DNA of 64,000 nucleotides from Pseudomonadota bacterium. Lineage in GTDB: Bacteria > Pseudomonadota > Alphaproteobacteria > Sphingomonadales > CAKZYD01. This document shows, one piece after another, positions 58,208-64,000 of the stretch. Every line of letters starts with the position of its first letter. Position 1 is the stretch's first letter. A program made the position numbers and the translations under genes. The notes below the pieces were generated by a model. The model was not told the origin of the DNA. It did no database searches and saw nothing but the letters and a program-made list of their open reading frames with translations. The stretch spans positions 4,856 to 68,855 of the forward strand of contig JBCCAR010000018.1 of the NCBI GenBank assembly GCA_039814715.1. Reading direction: 5' to 3'.

Positions 58208-58231
58208 AAAAACAGGGGCGCAAGGCCCCTG
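58208..58231 (-). terminator. Rho-independent terminator after the first sorting-signal protein gene
   Basis: Read on the minus strand: CAGGGGC-cttgc-GCCCCTG followed by TTTTT. It lies about 30 nt past the stop at 58260. Confidence 0.7.
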
Positions 58232-58259
58232 TGTTCGAAATTCCTAACATGTCTCTGGA

Positions 58260-58955
58260 TCAGCCTGCGGATGGCATGCCCAGCGCTTTACGGATTGACC
58301 TGCGGCGCAGGGCGCCCGCGCCGAGGAGCGCAGAGCCGAACAGAATGCCTGCAGCTGGGACGGGTACGGCGGAAACAGTGAGCTCAAAGGTGCCTGCATT
58401 AGGATCGTTATCGCCTTCCCAAAAAGCAATCTCGTACAGGCCTGCCTCCAAAGAGGAGAACAGAACAGTGCCGCTTTCTAGGGTGTCGTTGAAAACGCTA
58501 TTTGGATCAGAGTCAAAGTTGTCGCCGATGCGTTGGCAATTCTGGGCACCGCCGCCGGAGGCCACGTTGGCGCAATTTACAGAGAGGTTGGCTGCATTCG
58601 CCGTTACAATCGTACGGTCGGGTGTGGTCACATCGGTTCCACTAATATTCGCGCCATTCGGCAGTCGGAACAAACCAAAGCCAGAGGAGCCGTCTTCATT
58701 GCCAGCGCTTGTATAGTCAGCGAGGGTTAGCGAGAACTGCGGTGTTAAAACTTCAAAACGGATCGTGCCTGAGGCGACATTCCCACTTTGCGTATCAAAC
58801 GTGGCCTTCAGGGTATTGCCACCACTACCAATATCACTGAAAACAGCTTGGTTCTGGGTGAAATGGTAACTGTCGAACGTCGCTGCCTGGGAAGATCCAA
58901 TGAGGCACATCGCTGCCACACTAGACATCAAGGCGATAGAAAGAGACTTGCTCAT
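58260..58955 (-). CDS. Secreted protein with a VPLPA/PEP-CTERM-like C-terminal sorting signal (paralogue 1)
   Basis: Signal peptide MSKSLSIALMSSVAAMCLIGSSQA. The body is Gly/Asn/Ser/Thr-rich and probably beta-rich. The C-terminus reads VPVPAAGILFGSALLGAGALRRRSIRKALGMPSAG. Confidence 0.75.
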   Translation of the reverse strand: MSKSLSIALMSSVAAMCLIGSSQAATFDSYHFTQNQAVFSDIGSGGNTLKATFDTQSGNVASGTIRFEVLTPQFSLTLADYTSAGNEDGSSGFGLFRLPNGANISGTDVTTPDRTIVTANAANLSVNCANVASGGGAQNCQRIGDNFDSDPNSVFNDTLESGTVLFSSLEAGLYEIAFWEGDNDPNAGTFELTVSAVPVPAAGILFGSALLGAGALRRRSIRKALGMPSAG

Positions 58956-59173
58956 AGATAAATACCCTTACGCAACATAAACAAAAGAGGCGCTAAAACA
59001 CTCGCGCTTGCCGAGTAGTGAGCAAATTGAGTGCCAAGACGGCTAAGGGTTTGAATTATCGGGAGTTTAAGACTGGCGCGCGCTGATTTTTTGCTAAGCT
59101 GTTAAAGATACCGACAGTCCTGGGTTGCGCCGGTTATCGTTCATGGCCTGCATTGCGGGTATAGACGAGACAC

Positions 59174-59200
59174 AAAAAAAGGGGCCGAGGCCCCTTTTTT
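59174..59200. terminator. Bidirectional rho-independent terminator after the second sorting-signal protein gene
   Basis: A7, then GGGGCC-ga-GGCCCC, then T6. It lies 23 nt past the stop at 59223. Confidence 0.8.
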
Positions 59201-59222
59201 CAAACTGTTTGCCAATGAAGGA

Positions 59223-59828
59223 CTAGGCAGCGGTCGGCATACCCAGTGTTTTTTGGATCGACCGGCGACGAAGGAACGCCGCGCCAAATAGAGCAGAGCC
59301 GAAAAGAATGCCAGCTGCCGGTATCGGCACCTCTGACAACGTAAACTGTATCAAAGCGGTCTGCGGAGTGTTATTTTGATCGTCTATTTCTAACACATAA
59401 TCACCTGGGGCCAGGTTTGAGAACAAAATGGTGCCTGGCTGCGGCCCATTGGCGTTAGAACCTTCAGGTCGCAAAACAAAACATCCAAGGTTGGTACTCG
59501 TAATTCGACCTGAGCAATTTTGAGTGGAAATATCAACTGGTGGTGGCGCCCCAGTATTTGTTGAGTACAAACCGGCTAGAGAGCCCCCAGACGTGCTACT
59601 ATCGCCATAAGTTGAAAACGTAAGCTTAGTCGCCACTGTCGTTGAAAAAGACCAAAAAAGCTCGCCCGGAAAAGTAAAAGTTGCTGGAGATTCCAAAATA
59701 TCTCCAGGTCCCGCACTCGTGGCAGTCGCCGGTAACGTTGTCGAACCATTTATCGTCGCCGCGTTTGCAGCACCGAGCACTGATGACATACAAAAAACTG
59801 CACCAGCAATAAAACTAGAAAAATTCAT
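59223..59828 (-). CDS. Secreted protein with a VPLPA/PEP-CTERM-like C-terminal sorting signal (paralogue 2)
   Basis: The start at ATG 59826-59828 has GGAGG 6 nt upstream. Signal peptide MNFSSFIAGAVFCMSSVLGAANA. The C-terminus reads VPIPAAGILFGSALFGAAFLRRRSIQKTLGMPTAA. It shares the GT(I/V)LFS.L..G.Y block with paralogue 1. Confidence 0.75.
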   Translation of the reverse strand: MNFSSFIAGAVFCMSSVLGAANAATINGSTTLPATATSAGPGDILESPATFTFPGELFWSFSTTVATKLTFSTYGDSSTSGGSLAGLYSTNTGAPPPVDISTQNCSGRITSTNLGCFVLRPEGSNANGPQPGTILFSNLAPGDYVLEIDDQNNTPQTALIQFTLSEVPIPAAGILFGSALFGAAFLRRRSIQKTLGMPTAA

Positions 59829-60049
59829 TAAAACCTCCAAATGCAGGATTGATCACAATATAAAGCTGCTCGTACTGCAAGACAGTATTTTCGTGTAGGC
59901 AAGCAAAACCCATGCCAAACTCACAATGCGCTGTTTTGGCACACTTTTTTTGCAAGTGCGAAATCGCGTTAACCATGGGTTGTAAAAAAGTCCGACAATT
60001 CACTTTGGTTCGCTTCTAAAGTGTATGACGGTTTGTTCCTCTAAAAGGA

Positions 60050-62635
60050 CTAGGCTTTGGACGCTGCAGCCTTCTTTGCGCGCGGTTTTTTGGCCGCTGG
60101 CTTTTTCTTTGCGGCCGGTTTTTTCTTGCCGCCTTTTTCTGCTTTTGCAGCAATGAGCTCCAGCGCGCGCTCTAAGGTGAGGGCGTCTGGGTCATCGTCT
60201 TTCAGCAGGCTGGCGTTGATCTTGCCGTGCTTGACATAGGGGCCGTAGCGGCCCTTGAGCAATTGGATGGCGCCGCCATCGGGGTGGTCGCCCATTTCTT
60301 TTAAGACCGAAGGCCCTGCGCGGCCAGCGGATTTGGCATCAGCAAGGAGGGCGACGGCGCGGTTGAGGCCGACGGTGAGCACTTCTTCGGTGGAGGTGAG
60401 CTTTGCGGTCTTGCCATCATGCGAGAGGTAGGGGCCGTAACGCCCTATTGTGGCAAAGATTTCTTTGCCAGTTTCCGGGTGGTCGCCCACCGTGCGCGGC
60501 AGGCTTAACAGGTTGAGCGCGCCTGCTAGGTCGATGGTGGCCGCGTCCATATCCTTCGGGATGGATGCGCGTTTGGGCTTTATTTTCTTGTCTTCGCCTT
60601 GCTCGCCTAGCTGCACAAATGGTCCAAAGCGGCCAGAGCGCGCGGTCACATCAAGCTGGGTTTCTGGGTCTTGGCCAAGCAAGCGCGGCTCGTTGCTCAG
60701 ACCTGCCTTGTCAACGTCTGCATCGGCGCTGAATTGGCGGGTGAAGTTACACTCTGGGTAATTGGAGCAGCCAACAAACGCGCCATAGCGGCCGATTTTT
60801 AAAGATAGCTCTCCGGTATCGCACGCCGGGCAAGCGCGGGCAGGTTTACCTTCTTCAGCAGGCTGGAACAAATAGGGACCAAGATAGTCGTTTAGCGCGT
60901 CTAAGATAGCCGTTGTGCGCTGCGCCAAAACTTCCTCTGTTTTGGGCTTAAAATCCTGCCAGAAGGCGCGCAGTACTTCTTTCCAATCGGCTTCGCCGGC
61001 CGAGACCTTGTCGAGCTGCTCTTCTAAGTCTGCAGTGAAGCTGTATTCGACGTAGCGATCAAAAAATTTCTCTAGGAAGGCGGTGACCAAGCGGCCTTTG
61101 TCTTCGGGAAAGAAGCGGTTCTTGTCCATGAGGACATATTGCCGGTCGCGCAGGGTTTGAAGCGTGGAGGCATAAGTCGAGGGGCGGCCAATGCCCAGCT
61201 CTTCAAGCTTTTTCACAAGCGAGGCTTCGGAATAGCGCGGCGGCGGCTCTGTGAAGTGCTGGTTGGCGTTCACTTTATCGACTTGCGGGCGCATGCCTTT
61301 TTGCATGGCGGGCAAGCGGCCGTCATCGTCATCCTTGCTGTCGTCTTTGCCTTCCAGATACAGCTGCATGAAGCCAGGGAAGGCGATGACTTGGCCCGAC
61401 GCACGCACGGCGTGTTTGCCGTCTGCGCTGAGGAAATCAGCGGTGGTGCGCTCTAAGATGGCTGTCGCCATTTGGCTGGCGATGGCACGGTCCCAGATCA
61501 GCTTGTAGAGCTTCTTTTGATCGTCATTGAGGTAGCTGGCCACGTCCTTGGGATGGCGGGCAAAATCGGTGGGGCGCACAGCTTCGTGCGCTTCTTGAGC
61601 GTTCTTCGCTTTGGTTGCATAAAAACGCGGCTTTTCGGGCAAATAGTCCTGGCCAAAGCGCGCGCCAATAGCGCTGCGGGCGGACGCGATGGCTTCATTG
61701 GCCATTTGGACGCCGTCCGTCCTCATATAGGTGATAAGGCCGGAGGTCTCGCCGCCGATAGAGACACCTTCATAGAGCTTCTGCGCCACTTGCATGGTGC
61801 GGCTGGCGGAAAAGCCGAGCTTGCGAGACGCTTCCTGCTGCAAGGTGGACGTGGTGAATGGCGGCGCTGGATTGCGCTTCACGGGCTTGGCTTCGAGGCT
61901 ATCCAGCGTGAAGCTCGCTGCTTCAATCGCTGCGCGCGCGGCGACAGCGCTGGTTTCATTTTCGAGCGTGAATTTGCTGACTTTTTTCCCGTCCAGTTGC
62001 GTCAGGCGCGCCTGAAACGCCTCGCCCTTATCGGTCTTCGCGTCGACCAAGACGGACCAATATTCGCGCGGCTCAAAGGCCTCGATTTCCATCTCGCGGT
62101 CCACAATGATGCGCAAGGCGACAGACTGCACCCGGCCAGCAGAGCGCGCACTAGGCAGTTTGCGCCATAGAACAGGAGACAAGGTGAAGCCCACTAGATA
62201 ATCGAGCGCGCGGCGCGCCAAATAGGCGTCAATAAGCTCATTATTGAGGTCGCGCGGCTGCGCCATTGCCGTTTGGACGGCTGATTTCGTGATTTCGTTA
62301 AAGACCACGCGTTTGACCGGCTTGTCTTTGAGTGCCTTCTTTTTCTTTAAGACCTCCAAGACATGCCAGGAGATGGCTTCGCCTTCGCGGTCCGGGTCCG
62401 TCGCGAGGATGAGTTGGTCCGCGCCTTTCATGGCTGCGGCGATTTCATTGAGGCGTTTGCTGCTATCACGGTCAACGGCCCAGGACATGGAAAAATCGTC
62501 CTCTGGAACCACCGAGCCATCTTTGGCCGGCAAGTCGCGTACATGGCCATAGCTTGCCAGTACGGTGAAATCTTTGCCTAGATATTTGTTGATGGTTTTT
62601 GCCTTGGCAGGCGATTCGACGATAACAACGTCCAT
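60050..62635 (-). CDS. topA: DNA topoisomerase I
   Basis: 861 aa. Toprim start MDVVIVESPAKAKTINKYLG, active-site region ITYMRTDG, C-terminal zinc-ribbon repeats (CPACDTG, CSNYPEC) and a Lys-rich tail. Confidence 0.96.
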   Translation of the reverse strand: MDVVIVESPAKAKTINKYLGKDFTVLASYGHVRDLPAKDGSVVPEDDFSMSWAVDRDSSKRLNEIAAAMKGADQLILATDPDREGEAISWHVLEVLKKKKALKDKPVKRVVFNEITKSAVQTAMAQPRDLNNELIDAYLARRALDYLVGFTLSPVLWRKLPSARSAGRVQSVALRIIVDREMEIEAFEPREYWSVLVDAKTDKGEAFQARLTQLDGKKVSKFTLENETSAVAARAAIEAASFTLDSLEAKPVKRNPAPPFTTSTLQQEASRKLGFSASRTMQVAQKLYEGVSIGGETSGLITYMRTDGVQMANEAIASARSAIGARFGQDYLPEKPRFYATKAKNAQEAHEAVRPTDFARHPKDVASYLNDDQKKLYKLIWDRAIASQMATAILERTTADFLSADGKHAVRASGQVIAFPGFMQLYLEGKDDSKDDDDGRLPAMQKGMRPQVDKVNANQHFTEPPPRYSEASLVKKLEELGIGRPSTYASTLQTLRDRQYVLMDKNRFFPEDKGRLVTAFLEKFFDRYVEYSFTADLEEQLDKVSAGEADWKEVLRAFWQDFKPKTEEVLAQRTTAILDALNDYLGPYLFQPAEEGKPARACPACDTGELSLKIGRYGAFVGCSNYPECNFTRQFSADADVDKAGLSNEPRLLGQDPETQLDVTARSGRFGPFVQLGEQGEDKKIKPKRASIPKDMDAATIDLAGALNLLSLPRTVGDHPETGKEIFATIGRYGPYLSHDGKTAKLTSTEEVLTVGLNRAVALLADAKSAGRAGPSVLKEMGDHPDGGAIQLLKGRYGPYVKHGKINASLLKDDDPDALTLERALELIAAKAEKGGKKKPAAKKKPAAKKPRAKKAAASKA

Positions 62636-62761
62636 AAACTGTGGCTCAACAACGATTTTTCAGGGGCGCGGGGAACCGCGCTGCGTTTCCGGCAGTGCGG
62701 GACTTCTAGCCATGGGGAGGGGCCGGGCGCAACCCTTTGCACGCGTTCGCGGCAAATTTGC

Positions 62762-63862
62762 TCACATCATGCCCTCCGCGCTTAAGGCCAAACGCCCGCC
62801 TGCATGGCGCTCTAGTCTGCCCGCAAGTTCTAGCTCCATGACCGCTGCCGCGAAGACATCACCGGTGAGCTGCGCGCTGCGCATCACCTCATCTGCGTGA
62901 ACGGGAACAGTGCTAAGGGCGTCTAGAATGGCTTGCCGTGCGGCGTCGTCTGGCTCTGCAGATGTTGGTGCGCCGCGGAAGGGTACGTTTGGCACATAGA
63001 CATCGCCGATCATGGGGCCAATGCCTTCTAAAACATCCTCCGCGCCGCGGATCAGTGTTGCGCCTTCGCGGATGAGGTGGTTGCCGCCGGAGGCTCTGGG
63101 GTCAAGCGGGTTGCCAGGGACAGCGAACACATGGCGGCCTTGTTCTCCGGCCAGTCTTGCAGTGATGAGAGAGCCTGATTTCTTGGCTGCCTCGACAACG
63201 ATCACCCCTAAGGCGAGACCGCTGACAATGCGGTTGCGCCGCGGGAAGAGATGCGCCGTTGGCTGCGCGCCCCATGGCATTTCAGAAAGGATGCCGCCGC
63301 GCTCAGCGATTTCCCAATAAAGGGTTTCATTTTCTTTAGGATAAATCCGGTCGATGCCGCCAGCGACGACGGCGATTGTGCCACTATTCAGGCTTCCCTG
63401 ATGGGCAGCGGTATCAATGCCGCGGGCAAGGCCAGAGGAAATGACAACTCCCTCTTTGCCTAAATCTGCTGCAAGCGTTGTTGCCAGTTTGCGCCCAATT
63501 GTCGAGGCGTTGCGCGCGCCAACCATGGCGACTGCAGGGCCTTTTAAAAGCTCAGCTGAGCCACGCAGTGTAAGGACTGCGGGTGCATCAGGCAGGACTG
63601 CCAGTTGGCTGGGATAGTCGCCTTGGCCTAGGATTAGAAGCTGGCAACCACCTTTCTCTATCTCTTTAAGTTCTGCCTCCACAATTGAGCTGCCTGGCGG
63701 TACAGGCGGCTTCCCGCCGGCACGCTGGGCGAGGTCTGGCAGCGCGTCTAATGCTGCTGAAGGTGAGCCGAAGCGCGCGATAAGGCCCTTATAAGTGACT
63801 GGCCCAACGCGCGGTGTGCGCGCAAGTGTTAGCGCAGAGAAAGCGTCAGCGCTGGCTTGCAT
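62762..63862 (-). CDS. dprA: DNA-processing protein DprA
   Basis: VMVGARNAST, SGLARGIDTAAHQGSL, the GG...YP motif and the C-terminal DprA winged-helix-like region are present. 366 aa. Confidence 0.9.
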   Translation of the reverse strand: MQASADAFSALTLARTPRVGPVTYKGLIARFGSPSAALDALPDLAQRAGGKPPVPPGSSIVEAELKEIEKGGCQLLILGQGDYPSQLAVLPDAPAVLTLRGSAELLKGPAVAMVGARNASTIGRKLATTLAADLGKEGVVISSGLARGIDTAAHQGSLNSGTIAVVAGGIDRIYPKENETLYWEIAERGGILSEMPWGAQPTAHLFPRRNRIVSGLALGVIVVEAAKKSGSLITARLAGEQGRHVFAVPGNPLDPRASGGNHLIREGATLIRGAEDVLEGIGPMIGDVYVPNVPFRGAPTSAEPDDAARQAILDALSTVPVHADEVMRSAQLTGDVFAAAVMELELAGRLERHAGGRLALSAEGMM

Positions 63863-63867
63863 GAGGC

Positions 63868-64000
63868 TTATGGCTCCGTTTTCTTAGCGCCAACTTTTGG
63901 TTCAGTTCCCGCGCGCAACCTGGAGATGTTTTCACGGTGCTTAAAGAAAATCAACGCGCTTAAGACTGCGATGGCCAAGGCGAGCCTTGTTTGCCCAATG
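63868..64000 (-). CDS. plsY: Glycerol-3-phosphate acyltransferase PlsY, C-terminal fragment (gene continues beyond the window end)
   Basis: My hand translation of the minus strand gives [43 protein letters not shown]. The HRxNIxRLxxGTEPK motif is the PlsY C-terminus. The plsY-dprA-topA order is common. Confidence 0.7.
   Translation of the reverse strand, partial: [43 protein letters not shown]

Noticed and set aside
61472-62170. A 232-aa plus-strand ORF antisense to topA. Similar long shadow ORFs include 36921..37547 in serS and 57603..58145 in rnr.
   Set aside because: These are shadow ORFs of highly conserved genes in a GC-rich genome, with Arg/Gly/Ala-rich products and no signatures.
1-64000. 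I searched for CRISPR arrays, rRNA genes, tmRNA/RNase P/SRP-like RNAs, transposases, integrases, toxin-antitoxin pairs and prophage genes.
   Set aside because: I saw no regularly spaced direct repeats, no rRNA-like conserved stretches and no ORFs with recombinase, transposase, TA or phage-structural motifs. Detection of small RNAs by eye is unreliable, so their absence is not proven.

Overview
This is a 64-kb chromosomal window from a moderately GC-rich alphaproteobacterium. The class assignment rests on ChpT, on the synteny argS-SPOR-nagZ-scpAB-tatABC-serS-surE-pcm-nlpD, and on yajC-secDF followed by NDUFAF3/NDUFAF6 homologues. A finer taxon cannot be assigned from the sequence alone. Most of the window is densely packed housekeeping: dnaG (5' end cut by the window edge), rpoD, rpmE, efp, pyrC, xthA, erpA, argS, tatABC, serS, secDF, trmFO, rnr, topA, dprA, plsY (cut by the window end) and one tRNA-Val(GAC). 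Five patches do not look like plain housekeeping. (1) An orphan MotA/MotB-type stator pair has long coiled-coil extensions on both subunits and sits tightly between an amidase and a MeaB/ArgK-like GTPase (11.6-16.3 kb); I rank this the best candidate for an undescribed system. (2) A lower-GC GtrA/GT2/GT-C-like three-component glycan-modification module lies beside tRNA-Val (6.3-10.0 kb). (3) A chpT gene is followed by a cheA(REC hybrid)-cheW-cheY-cheB-cheR cluster with no receptor gene (20.0-26.7 kb). (4) A LuxR-type solo regulator is divergent from an eight-gene, translationally coupled redox operon ending in a cytochrome P450 (47.9-55.3 kb). (5) Two lower-GC paralogous secreted proteins carry VPLPA/PEP-CTERM-like C-terminal sorting signals, with no sorting enzyme nearby (58.3-59.8 kb). 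I saw no CRISPR array, rRNA, transposase or integrase. All functional calls come from reading motifs in the translated ORFs by eye; no database search was run.
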